Shown piece after piece: positions 27,447-37,309 of a stretch of DNA of 64,000 nucleotides. The stretch covers positions 1 to 64,000 of the forward strand of contig CAWGPQ010000011.1 in the NCBI GenBank assembly GCA_963824495.1. The letters are read 5' to 3'. A program made the position numbers and the translations under genes. Position 1 is the first letter of the stretch. Every line of letters begins with the position of its first letter. Below the pieces are notes generated by a model. It made no database searches, was not told the DNA's origin, and was given only the letters and a program-made list of their open reading frames with translations. The stretch comes from an uncultured bacterium (lineage in GTDB: Bacteria; Babelota; Babeliae; Babelales; Babelaceae).

Positions 27447-29213
27447 TTGAAGGCTGACTTTATGATAAGCTCTACGTCTGCTCTACTTCAACCTCTGCCC
27501 GAGGCGATTCGTCTTTATTGTGGTACACCCAACTACCAGCGTGGTCTTGAGTACTTTCAGGCAGGGTATATTTATGGTCCAGAGCGTCATGGAAGAGTAC
27601 TCCGGTCATTTTGTCGAGGGACATCTATTCCAAGCTATCGCCCCGAGGTTCTTTTGGGCCATACGAGCATACTTTCTTCTCGTTGTACCTGTCCCGCCCA
27701 TGCTTATGATGGACCTTGTAAGCATGTCGCTGCTCTCTTGCTTGCATGGTATTATAAGCCGGACGAGTTTGATGTCAGGCCTGCCTTATCTACCATTCTA
27801 GCAAACTGGACAAAGCGCGATCTACTTGATTTTATTGATAAAATCGTTACGCTGCACCCTGACCTTGATGATAAGCTTTTTGCGCTTGCCCAGCCCCGCC
27901 GGATAACACAAGAAGATTATGATACGCGTATTGCTGAAATTTTTCGATGGCGTTGGGACCTGTACGAAGCGGAGTTTCGTTCTGATCCAACAAGCGAGAT
28001 CGCTCATCAGCTTAATGAGTACTTTGAGCTTGCCAAAACGTTAGTAGAACAGGAAGCTTTTACTCAAGCCTTGAGCCTGTATAGCTCGCTTATCAAAAAA
28101 ATTGTCAAAAATTACCTGTCTTTTGAGCGCGAAGGTCAGTTAGATGATATTTTTCGCGATATTATTCACACGCTCTATGTACTTTTTAACACGTCGTCTC
28201 AAGATTCACCAGTGCGGCTGGCAATTCTTGATATCTTTCTTGAGGCCCTTAAAAGCCCAAGTTATGATTTGGGGATTATCGAAAGCATTGAAGAGTTTAT
28301 CCTATCAATGACAACCAATAAAGAGCGTTCAATGCTGGTACCTAAGCTCCGCTCAGAACTCACGATAACCAATAAAGAGTTGCGTAAGCGATATGGTGGT
28401 TTACTTCTTGAACTTGAGGGTGATGCGCTCAGTCCTGAACAATTTAAAGAGCTCTGTCTCTTCTGTGGCTTTATGCATGAGCTTGTTAAATATCTTCTTA
28501 CTCATAATCGGCTGCAAGAAGCCTTACAGATTATTAACGATCAAAAAAATCCTATTTTTTTGGATCTTATCACACTGCTCATGCGCTTTAAGTATACCCA
28601 AGAAGCACGTGATAGTGCTCATAACCGCCTTGCTGAAGAAAAAGACAAATTTGCCAGGCTTGAACTAGCAGCATGGCTCAGGGATTTTTACGCTCAGCAG
28701 CAGGATTGGCGTCTAGCATATCGCTTTGGTATACGTGTTTTTAGAGCCAAACCTAATTTTTTTGAGTACACGATACTGCGAGATGTTGGTCATCATCTTC
28801 GTCAGTGGCAAAAAACAAAAGCTACTATTATTAATTTTCTAATAAAAAAGAAAAAATATTCGGAAGTTGTCAAAATCTATTGTGATGAACGTGAGTTTGC
28901 CAAGCTTTTTGAATTTGCTGACGCTATATCTTGGACAGCTTTAGATCCTGATCTACGACGTTCTGTCGTACAGATAGCTCAAGATAGTTATCCATTACGA
29001 GCAATAGAGTTGTATAAAGTTTTTGTTGAAGAAGCTATTGCACGTAGAACTCGAGTAAGCTATCAAGAAGCTGCTGCTGACATGCTGAGCATTAAGCAGC
29101 TTATGGCTGCGCAGGGAAAGCTTGACGAATGGCAAACTTATGCACAGGATATTAAACAGCGTTATCGCTTGCGTAGAGCGCTCAGGGCAGAATTGGGTGC
29201 TCTTGATATATAG
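27447..29213 (+). CDS. SWIM zinc-finger protein with helical C-terminal region
   Basis: RG..YF, then CTCP...GPCKHVAALL (CxC...CxH SWIM). Confidence 0.85.
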   Translation: MKADFMISSTSALLQPLPEAIRLYCGTPNYQRGLEYFQAGYIYGPERHGRVLRSFCRGTSIPSYRPEVLLGHTSILSSRCTCPAHAYDGPCKHVAALLLAWYYKPDEFDVRPALSTILANWTKRDLLDFIDKIVTLHPDLDDKLFALAQPRRITQEDYDTRIAEIFRWRWDLYEAEFRSDPTSEIAHQLNEYFELAKTLVEQEAFTQALSLYSSLIKKIVKNYLSFEREGQLDDIFRDIIHTLYVLFNTSSQDSPVRLAILDIFLEALKSPSYDLGIIESIEEFILSMTTNKERSMLVPKLRSELTITNKELRKRYGGLLLELEGDALSPEQFKELCLFCGFMHELVKYLLTHNRLQEALQIINDQKNPIFLDLITLLMRFKYTQEARDSAHNRLAEEKDKFARLELAAWLRDFYAQQQDWRLAYRFGIRVFRAKPNFFEYTILRDVGHHLRQWQKTKATIINFLIKKKKYSEVVKIYCDEREFAKLFEFADAISWTALDPDLRRSVVQIAQDSYPLRAIELYKVFVEEAIARRTRVSYQEAAADMLSIKQLMAAQGKLDEWQTYAQDIKQRYRLRRALRAELGALDI

Positions 29214-29216
29214 GAG

Positions 29217-30329
29217 TCAAACATTAAACTTGACGTTAATAATATCGCCATTACGAACAACGTAATCTTGTCCCTCTGTGCGCATTTTGCCAGCTTCTTT
29301 TAGTTTTACTTCGCTTCCCAAAGCAAAAAGATCGGCACAATTAAAAACATCGGCAAAGATAAATCCGCGCTCTAAGTCTGAGTGGATTTCACCCGCTGCT
29401 TTGCGTACAGTTGTGCCATTGCGTATGGGCCAGGCATGAATTTCTTTCGGACCGCACGTAAAAAATGTTATAAGTCCTAGGTGCTCATAGCTTTTGGCAA
29501 TAAGTATATCAAGACTTCGCGCTTTAAGCCCCATCATGTTGGCTATTTCTTCAGCTTCATCTGTACTAAGCTGCGAGAGCTCATACTCAAGCTTTATGGA
29601 AATAGGAGTAACAAGCTCCTGACCAAATGCTGAAATAAGTTGTTGATAGTGAGGATTTTGTTTATAAGCATCATCTGCTACCTCATGCTCAGCGATATTG
29701 GCAATAATCAAAAACTTTTTCGTTGATAAAAGATCAAGCGTTGTTATGGGCGACGTGCTTATAATACGGCGAACATCAGACAATTGTGACGCATTAAGCG
29801 CTGCCTCTACCTGCTCAAGAAGAACACTTTCTTGTGTAAGCTCTTGAAGCGTGGCGGGGTTATTACGTGCTGATTTCATAAGCTGCGAGATTTTGAGCTT
29901 TCTTTTTGAAACTGATTCGATATCCTTGAGCATGAGCTCAGTTGTAATAATTTCAAAATCGAGCAAGGGATCTACTTCTTGTCCTGCATGAATAATCGAA
30001 GGATCTTCAAAACAACGTAGTACATGAAGAATAAGGTCTACGGCATGTATATGACTAAGAAACTGATTGCCGAGCCCCTCGCCCGATGCAGCACCTTTTA
30101 CGAGTCCTGCTATATCTATAAATGTTACAGAAGCAGGAATCTGCTTCTGTGAATTATATATTTTTTGAAGTTTATCAAGCCGCTCATCAGGTACGATCGT
30201 ACAGGCACTATGTGGGTCGATCGTGCAAAATGGATAATTTTCTGCGGGAACTGCTGATTTGGTGAGGGCATTAAACAGCGTAGATTTACCAACATTAGGT
30301 AAGCCAACAAGCCCTGCGGCAATACTCAT
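29217..30329 (-). CDS. ychF: Ribosome-binding ATPase YchF
   Basis: GLVGLPNVGKST, NYPFCTI, DIAGLVKGAS.GEGLGN and AAGEIHSD. Confidence 0.96.
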   Translation of the reverse strand: MSIAAGLVGLPNVGKSTLFNALTKSAVPAENYPFCTIDPHSACTIVPDERLDKLQKIYNSQKQIPASVTFIDIAGLVKGAASGEGLGNQFLSHIHAVDLILHVLRCFEDPSIIHAGQEVDPLLDFEIITTELMLKDIESVSKRKLKISQLMKSARNNPATLQELTQESVLLEQVEAALNASQLSDVRRIISTSPITTLDLLSTKKFLIIANIAEHEVADDAYKQNPHYQQLISAFGQELVTPISIKLEYELSQLSTDEAEEIANMMGLKARSLDILIAKSYEHLGLITFFTCGPKEIHAWPIRNGTTVRKAAGEIHSDLERGFIFADVFNCADLFALGSEVKLKEAGKMRTEGQDYVVRNGDIINVKFNV

Positions 30330-30400
30330 GCTTAAACTTTCGTCTTATTCTTGTATGTGTACATAGCTTTCTCTCTAGTGTGCTTGAAAATTATAGTTTT

Positions 30401-31927
30401 TCAAACTGGGTCAGCTTGAACTTCCTGAATTAGGGCAATTATTGCTTGATTAGAGCGCTGCTCGGCCAGCTGTAATGCATTTAGTCCAGCATGATTGGTC
30501 ATTACTGAAAGTAAACTATGGGATTTCGTAAGCTCTTGTGTAATTTCTTCATTTTCACATACCACAGCCCAATGGAGAAGGGTATTATCATGAGAATCTC
30601 TGTGTCCCATTACCGAAGCAGACTTTTGAGCCAAGTTGTCTGGCGATGAGCTTTTATTAAAATACCGAGTGATAAAGCTCTCTTTAGGCTGTTTTTGTAC
30701 CATGAGCTGTGCTTCGTGTTTAACTAGCTTTTCCAGAAGAGTTTTGGCAAGAACATTATCCCTCACAGCGATTGCTTGAAAGAGATCATCAGGCAAAAGC
30801 TTTTTAAGAGAGTTAGTTTTAGCTGCTAATTCAAAAGGCGTAATCTGTTTATCATTTTTGGCAGTTGCTTGCGCTCCATAATCGAGAAGCATATTCAGGG
30901 CATCTCTATTCCCTCGTACCGCTGCCCAATGAAGCGGTGTATTACGAGATGTCTTATCTTTATAGTTAACTGATCGCGATAAGGCTGGCTTATAATCTTC
31001 AATGATAACATAATGCTCGCCGTTGATTAGGGGATATTTGACTGGAGTAACCCGTTGAGGTCTCAAGTCGGGTTGTTCATGGTATATGCTTAGGATATCT
31101 TTCACGGTATTTTTATAGCGAGCAGCGAGATCTTGATCTTTGCCGAGAATAGATTGATCTGCGAGGATGATAGCTCGATTAAGAGCATTTGGCATGAGGA
31201 TCTCTGCTAATGTTGTCTTTTTTATTTGGTTTTTAGTTTGAAGCTCAAATGGCTCTCGTAATAAGAAATGTGAGGGTGGGCTAAGGGGAAAGCCGCGCTC
31301 TAAGAGCAATCGCGCATTATCAAAATAGGGTTGGGTATACTCAGTTAAAGCACAAATAAGCGCCAACGTTAGATTGCCCTCGTCTTGTTTTGTCCCATGC
31401 TCAAGAAGAATCTCAACGGCCTCCTTATTGCCTATCATAATCGCCAACGTGAGGGGCGTCTCGATTCCGTTGTCAAGACAGGGTACAGCACCAAAGATTT
31501 TTCTTTGAGAAGGTGCTTCATCTTCATAATTACTATCAACCGATTTTGGGGTAGGGGTAAGACATGACCAGTTGTCATCAAAACCTAGAGACGTAACCTT
31601 TTTTTTAGCACGTGGTTTGCTTGTTAAATTAACATTGACGATAGCAGTATCATCCTTACACGCTTGTGTGACATCTTCTGGCTTACGATTAATAATTGCT
31701 TTGAGTAACGCAATAAGCGTTATTTGATCGGCTCCCCGGGGTGATTCTAAAGATACCTCAAAATATGTATCGGGTCCAAGTGCTACATTCGAAGTGATAA
31801 GTGCTTTTATTTCGAGCGCAAGTGCGCGTGGATTACGGTCAAATTGTTCGGGCTCACCCGGTAGTGCTTGACCGTAATAGAGAAGAGTTATTGTTAGTGC
31901 TGGTAGTATCTTGTAATAGATGCCCAT
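30401..31927 (-). CDS. Secreted ankyrin-repeat protein
   Basis: Signal peptide; TPLTLA, TPLHWAAVRG and TLLHWAV ankyrin units; basic patch KPRAKKK. Confidence 0.8.
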   Translation of the reverse strand: MGIYYKILPALTITLLYYGQALPGEPEQFDRNPRALALEIKALITSNVALGPDTYFEVSLESPRGADQITLIALLKAIINRKPEDVTQACKDDTAIVNVNLTSKPRAKKKVTSLGFDDNWSCLTPTPKSVDSNYEDEAPSQRKIFGAVPCLDNGIETPLTLAIMIGNKEAVEILLEHGTKQDEGNLTLALICALTEYTQPYFDNARLLLERGFPLSPPSHFLLREPFELQTKNQIKKTTLAEILMPNALNRAIILADQSILGKDQDLAARYKNTVKDILSIYHEQPDLRPQRVTPVKYPLINGEHYVIIEDYKPALSRSVNYKDKTSRNTPLHWAAVRGNRDALNMLLDYGAQATAKNDKQITPFELAAKTNSLKKLLPDDLFQAIAVRDNVLAKTLLEKLVKHEAQLMVQKQPKESFITRYFNKSSSPDNLAQKSASVMGHRDSHDNTLLHWAVVCENEEITQELTKSHSLLSVMTNHAGLNALQLAEQRSNQAIIALIQEVQADPV

Positions 31928-32384
31928 TGTTAGTTCCTTTATAGTATAAAGTGTAGGATAAATATCGTATCCTGCGTCTATAGTTTGTTAAAGTTATTGT
32001 TTATTTGACAATATTTTACAATGCGGCGTTACTACTCTCGTTCAACTTTTTTAAAGAGCTTGGTCTTTCGTGATCCATCTCTTTGTGTGTCTAGTTATTC
32101 GACTGTTATCTTCTATCTCTTCTGCTGATGAGGCAATGCTTAAGTATATGCTTATGTGATTTGTAACAGGGACGTTACAAGCTATAGTATTGCCTCTGAA
32201 ACAATGCTGTAATTAACAGTTTGCTGAAAATTTTATTTTTTTCAAATGCTCGTGTGTGCCCTCTAGATAGCTCTAGATAGCTTTAGATATCATAAGAAGC
32301 AGCTCATAGTTTTTGACTCTATTTTTGCCAAAAATCCTATGAGCTTAGCCATAATTGGTGCAATTGCCCTTTTGCTCTTTGTAA

Positions 32385-32420
32385 AACTATTGACATTTTT
32401 TGTTATTAATTTCTATTATA
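32385..32420 (+). promoter_or_regulatory. sigma70-type promoter of the coiled-coil paralog operon
   Basis: AACTATTGACA-N15-TTCTATTATA, the same architecture as 17731-17766. Confidence 0.55.
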
Positions 32421-32464
32421 TAATATAGCACATTACATAATTCCTAAGATCCTAAGGAAATGCC

Positions 32465-33400
32465 ATGAACAAGCTAGTGGTACTCACTTTGCTCATATTC
32501 TTAATCATGCAAAGTGTAATTTTTAATGGAGAAGAGGGCAAGGGGATTATCTTACCATCTTCTGAGCAAATGGGACAGCTGCTTTTTGAGCAACCTATGC
32601 CCGAGCCGACAGAAATATATCGTCTGCCACAACAAGAACCAATCAGTAGTCAACCAGAACTTACATTAGAGATGGCTCAAAGGAGACTAACACACGGGAG
32701 ACAAGGGAAAACAGAAATCCTGACAGTTACCCCTCCGCCTGCTGAAGCTCCTCGAGCTGAAGAGGAACGAGCACCCTCGAAAACGCCAACTATTATTTTA
32801 GAACCTATATCCCGGCGTGCAGCTCTACAAACTACACCAAAGCTACCCCAAGAGCAACCAATAAATTTCTATGCTCGATTAAGCCAAGCATTCTCCAGGC
32901 TTGCTGGCTACGTAAAATTTTTAGCGCGTCCCACCCCGGCTGATTTGCAAAACATCGCCAACGGTATAGTTAGTGCACTTAGGTTAGAGCGAACGGTAGA
33001 AGATATGAGCAATGATGCGCTTGCATCAGGTAATCAGTCTATCAATCAAGCTATTGATATGCAAGACAGAATTAAAACTCCCGGTGAAACAATAACGCCA
33101 CAGGAAATTGATATTCGACGTCGCAGCTTAACTACAAATTTAAGCAGACTTACGCAAATCGGAAGCTATATTGAAGCAATAACAAAAAATGAACAGTTTA
33201 ACGAAGATCTCAAAAGCCTTCGTAGTTCATTGGCAAAATATAGTGCGACAGCTATTGGAGAGGAAGCATCTCGTACATTTGTTTTACTTGATGCGCGCGT
33301 TAACCGCTTGACGTCTGAACTTTTACCGGAGCTGAATTCTACGATTAAGGGCTTAGAAGAACAACAGAAAGCACTTGGAGAACTTACGCCAAATGTATAA
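32465..33400 (+). CDS. Secreted coiled-coil protein, paralog 1 (no J-like domain)
   Basis: AAGGA SD, signal peptide, P/E/Q-rich linker; FYARLSQAFSRL helix and C-terminal coiled coil resemble the next two genes. Confidence 0.8.
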   Translation: MNKLVVLTLLIFLIMQSVIFNGEEGKGIILPSSEQMGQLLFEQPMPEPTEIYRLPQQEPISSQPELTLEMAQRRLTHGRQGKTEILTVTPPPAEAPRAEEERAPSKTPTIILEPISRRAALQTTPKLPQEQPINFYARLSQAFSRLAGYVKFLARPTPADLQNIANGIVSALRLERTVEDMSNDALASGNQSINQAIDMQDRIKTPGETITPQEIDIRRRSLTTNLSRLTQIGSYIEAITKNEQFNEDLKSLRSSLAKYSATAIGEEASRTFVLLDARVNRLTSELLPELNSTIKGLEEQQKALGELTPNV

Positions 33401-35357
33401 AAGCATAAAAAAAGGGAGTAAGAATATTAAAAAGTGCAATCGCAAAATCCCACTGAGCCTATTAGGGGTAGTTATATCACTCAATATAAGTCTGACACTG
33501 CGAAGTGCTGAAGGTGAGGGAGAGAAAGTGCCTTCGGGGAAAACTGAAACTCAGGAACAACTAGAGCAGGAGCAAGAAGTGCTTCAAAAAGCCGAAGCAG
33601 AAAGGCAGGCTCAAGCTTCTGCTTCAGTTAAGACCGGTACAGGATCAACGCTTGCACCTCAAGCTGGAGAGGAAGCTGGTACTCGGCCTTCAGGCAGATC
33701 GGTAACAGAAGTTACGCCTCCACCAGGAGCTCAAGAGAATATACCAGGGACAAGTACCGAGCAGCAGGTTCCCACGCTTCCTGCTCTTGCTCCCCCTGTT
33801 GGTCAAGAAGCGCGAACGGGATCTCAAGCTCTAGCAGATCAAGTGGCAAGCAGACTTCAGGATATAACTACTTTAAGTGCTGAGAATATACCTGAACTTT
33901 CTAAGGCTATAGAAGATTATCAGCTTGCCAGCAATGAGAATCCAAATACTGTTCTTGAACAATTCGATACTATTAAAACAGCAGTGCAAGAAGCATTAAG
34001 TAAAGCCGGTCAAGCTGAGAATAAGCAAGCGATTGACCTACTTGTTTCTTTGCAATTGACAGCAGTCTATAAAGATCGCGATATGCGCTATGCTATCATT
34101 GTGCCCCAGGCTCAGGAGGCTATTCACGCTCCCATTATAGCTCAAAGTAACCCTGATCAATTGATAACGCTTTTTAAAGAGCTTGAAGCACTTAACCGAG
34201 AACTGGAATACCTTAAAAATGGCTTTGGATATATTGATATTTCTCGAGTTCCATCATCAGGTGGTATTTACAGTCAGTTTACCGATAGCGAAAATAAATT
34301 ACTTGGTATACTAGGGTCATATACTGCTCAACAGCTCTATAAGCTCTTGGGTCTTTCTGATTATGCTACAACTCAAGAAGTTAAAGATGCAGTCGCCAAG
34401 ATCGTAGCGCAGCATCCTACAGAGGAAAATGATCTATTGGGTCTAGCTGCACGTGAAGCCGGTAATCTTATCGGTAATCCAATCTCAAAAGCTTTTTATG
34501 ATGCTTATTTAGCGGCCGAGGGAAGTGACCGAATAAAAAGTTTTAATGACACTGTACAAATTACTCAAGCAGCTCTTGAATTTAGTTTTGAGAAGTCCCG
34601 GGAAGCAGCTCAGCTACAACAGAGCATAAGTGAACTAAGAAATAGTGTTGATCAAGCTATGGTCGACAAGGGGAATGATCTGCCGCCTGACCAGCTTGTA
34701 ACAGCGCAGCCGGAAAGCTTAGGATGGTTTGCTCGAATAAGGCAGGGTTGGAAGAGAATTCTTACTTTTTTAACAAATTTAACAAGTTTTTTTAGAACCA
34801 AGACAATAGGTACCGCAACAATCCAGGCACTAGCACAAGCTGAACGTGTCATAAATGATATTAACAAAATAACACAAGATCTAACAAGCAATAATACTAT
34901 TTTGATACGTCAAACCAATGATCTTATTAACGAATTGGAAAATGAGCAGATAACAATCAGTAACATTATTACATTAACATATCGAACACCTAATGAGCCA
35001 TTATTATTGCTGGAAAGAACCGTGCTCGAGACGTTACAAAATCGTTTGTCAAATCAACGAAACCTGCTTGAAGATATACAAAAAGGCTTTGCCAAGCAAG
35101 TTCTTAATGCCGATATTATTAATGTTAGTAGTCGACTTGACGAAGCAATTGAATCATATCCTAACCAAAAGCCAAGCGATGTGACGTATAATGCGCTAAC
35201 TGAGTTATACGGTCAAGTACAAACTCTTGGTTTGAAAGCATCGCCCAATCTTATGCAGCAGCTTGATCCTGCAATTAATAATTTAAAACAAAAAGAGCAA
35301 GTAGTTGCAAGACTATTAAGTAGCCCAACTTTACAAGCTAGTACTCAAACGGGTTAA
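33393..35357 (+). CDS. Secreted coiled-coil protein with degenerate J-domain, paralog 2
   Basis: Probable ATG 33393 overlapping the upstream gene end; LYKLLGLSDYATTQEVKDA...HPTE...EAGNLIGNPISKAFYD. Confidence 0.8.
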   Translation: MYKSIKKGSKNIKKCNRKIPLSLLGVVISLNISLTLRSAEGEGEKVPSGKTETQEQLEQEQEVLQKAEAERQAQASASVKTGTGSTLAPQAGEEAGTRPSGRSVTEVTPPPGAQENIPGTSTEQQVPTLPALAPPVGQEARTGSQALADQVASRLQDITTLSAENIPELSKAIEDYQLASNENPNTVLEQFDTIKTAVQEALSKAGQAENKQAIDLLVSLQLTAVYKDRDMRYAIIVPQAQEAIHAPIIAQSNPDQLITLFKELEALNRELEYLKNGFGYIDISRVPSSGGIYSQFTDSENKLLGILGSYTAQQLYKLLGLSDYATTQEVKDAVAKIVAQHPTEENDLLGLAAREAGNLIGNPISKAFYDAYLAAEGSDRIKSFNDTVQITQAALEFSFEKSREAAQLQQSISELRNSVDQAMVDKGNDLPPDQLVTAQPESLGWFARIRQGWKRILTFLTNLTSFFRTKTIGTATIQALAQAERVINDINKITQDLTSNNTILIRQTNDLINELENEQITISNIITLTYRTPNEPLLLLERTVLETLQNRLSNQRNLLEDIQKGFAKQVLNADIINVSSRLDEAIESYPNQKPSDVTYNALTELYGQVQTLGLKASPNLMQQLDPAINNLKQKEQVVARLLSSPTLQASTQTG

Positions 35358-35380
35358 GTCAATTTTTTTTAAAGAGTAAG

Positions 35381-37306
35381 ATGATGAAAAAGCGTAATGT
35401 TAAAAATTTATTGAGAGTGATGTGTTTATCTGTAGTAACATGTTCAAGGTTTTTGCTGCAGGGTGCCGAGGGCGAGGAGATACTTTTGTCGCCGGATCAG
35501 TCTGATCAGCCTCAAACTCAAGAGCTTATAGAACAAGAGCAGGAAGAACAAGAGCGCATGCAAGAGCACATGGAGGAGCCAAGTGATGCTCCACTACGTA
35601 CAGGTAGGCTTATTGAGCAGTTACCACGGGGACAAGCAACAGCTGAGCAGACCCCAAGATCGAGTATCATGGTTATGTTGCCACTTGATATTCCAAGCAC
35701 TACCTCTTCTGGAGTAGTACAAGCTCCGGCACTATACAGTTCTTTAACTATTGGCAGTGCTCCACAGGAAGCTCGCCTTTCATCTGATGTGCTTGCTACG
35801 CGTATAGAGAATGTGCTACATAATATACGTACGTTAAGTCCCCAAGCAATAAACGATAGTATTGAGAACCTAAAAAATTACTATATAGATGATGAAGATC
35901 CAGATACCGTGCTTGAGCACTTTGATACTATTAAGGCAATGGTAGAATCGGCACTCGCTCGAGCTGCTCAAGCTGGTCATAAACAAGCAATCAAGCAACT
36001 TGTTGATTTGCAATTGGCAACGGTGTATAAGGATCGTCGCATACGCTATGCTCTGGTTGTGTCAGAGGCTGGTCTTGTACTCAAAAAGATTTTACCTGCT
36101 ACGCTAACTGGGAGCACTCCTGAACAATTGGCACAGTTACGTGCTCAACTTGACCTACTTAACGAACAACTCTCGTATTTAAAAGATGGTTTTGCAACTG
36201 ATATTTACCGCATTGTTGGACCGAACTATAGTAATATTTACAATCAGTTTACCAAGAACGAAGACGCATTGCTTCAGGGAATAGGTGTACCCTATACTGC
36301 TCAACAGCTCTATAAGCTCTTGGGTCTTTCTGATTATGCTACAACTCAAGAGGTTAAAGATGCAGTTGTCAAAATTGTAGCAGCTCACCCTACAGAAAAA
36401 ATAGATTCTTTAGGTTTAGCTGCACGCGAAGCTGGCAATCTTATTGGTAATCAAATTTCAAAAGCTTTTTATGATGCTTATTTGACAGCTGAGGGAGACG
36501 AAGGAATAGAAAAATTTAATACAGCGTTACAGATTACTCAAGAGGCTCTTGAGTCAAGTTCTGAGAAATCCCAGGAAGCGGCTCAATTACAAAATAGTAT
36601 AACTGATACTATGGTTAATGTCGAAAAAGCTATTGCTGATAACTATTATACTATGCCGCATGAGCAGCTTATACGAGTCCAACCAAATAATTTGGGCTTG
36701 TTTGCTCGAGTAGAGCAAGATTGGGCAAACCTTCTCACTACTTTGACACCAATTCTTAAGAGCAAGATAGTGCCGCAAACGTCAAGGACGGTGCTTGTGG
36801 AAGCTTCTCGTCGTATAGCTGATGTGCATAAGACCATTGAGGACGAGAGGACAAACACTATGTTCTTGCTCTCTCAAACAGAAGAACTACTTAATGAATT
36901 GGCAAATGAACGGATGACTATTGATAACATTAGTAAGTACCAGGGGCCTCATGAGTCGCTCTTGTCTTTGGAAAGAGTGGTGCTCAAGGATTTGCAGGCT
37001 CGCTTATCGCGACAACGAGCGTTGCTTGAAGATATACAGAGAGGTTTTAGAAAGCAGGTAGCTAACGCTGACATCCGTACTGTCTCTGACCAGCTTACTC
37101 AAGCAATTAACTCGTACCCCAAGAAAAAGCAGCATGACGCAACGTATAGTGATCTAGTAAATTTGCAAAAACAGGCACGTACGTTGGGCTTGGAGAAGCT
37201 GCCTCAGCTCATACGGCAGCTTGGACCGGTAATTACCCGTTTAAAAAAGCAAGAGCAGGTCGTTGTCGATCTGCTCAATAGTCCCTTATTACAAAGCGCA
37301 GCTTGA
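35381..37306 (+). CDS. Secreted coiled-coil protein with degenerate J-domain, paralog 3
   Basis: Clearly similar to paralog 2 over most of its length, with the same J-like segment containing HPT. Confidence 0.82.
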   Translation: MMKKRNVKNLLRVMCLSVVTCSRFLLQGAEGEEILLSPDQSDQPQTQELIEQEQEEQERMQEHMEEPSDAPLRTGRLIEQLPRGQATAEQTPRSSIMVMLPLDIPSTTSSGVVQAPALYSSLTIGSAPQEARLSSDVLATRIENVLHNIRTLSPQAINDSIENLKNYYIDDEDPDTVLEHFDTIKAMVESALARAAQAGHKQAIKQLVDLQLATVYKDRRIRYALVVSEAGLVLKKILPATLTGSTPEQLAQLRAQLDLLNEQLSYLKDGFATDIYRIVGPNYSNIYNQFTKNEDALLQGIGVPYTAQQLYKLLGLSDYATTQEVKDAVVKIVAAHPTEKIDSLGLAAREAGNLIGNQISKAFYDAYLTAEGDEGIEKFNTALQITQEALESSSEKSQEAAQLQNSITDTMVNVEKAIADNYYTMPHEQLIRVQPNNLGLFARVEQDWANLLTTLTPILKSKIVPQTSRTVLVEASRRIADVHKTIEDERTNTMFLLSQTEELLNELANERMTIDNISKYQGPHESLLSLERVVLKDLQARLSRQRALLEDIQRGFRKQVANADIRTVSDQLTQAINSYPKKKQHDATYSDLVNLQKQARTLGLEKLPQLIRQLGPVITRLKKQEQVVVDLLNSPLLQSAA

Positions 37307-37309
37307 ATC

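Noticed and set aside
31990..32250. Possible decayed signal-peptide gene on the minus strand
   Set aside because: Only short broken frames with no recognisable homology; cannot be supported.
32261..32345. 10-bp tandem repeats and hairpin as a possible CRISPR or ncRNA
   Set aside because: Units are too short, have no spacers and no cas genes; kept only as promoter-proximal repeats.
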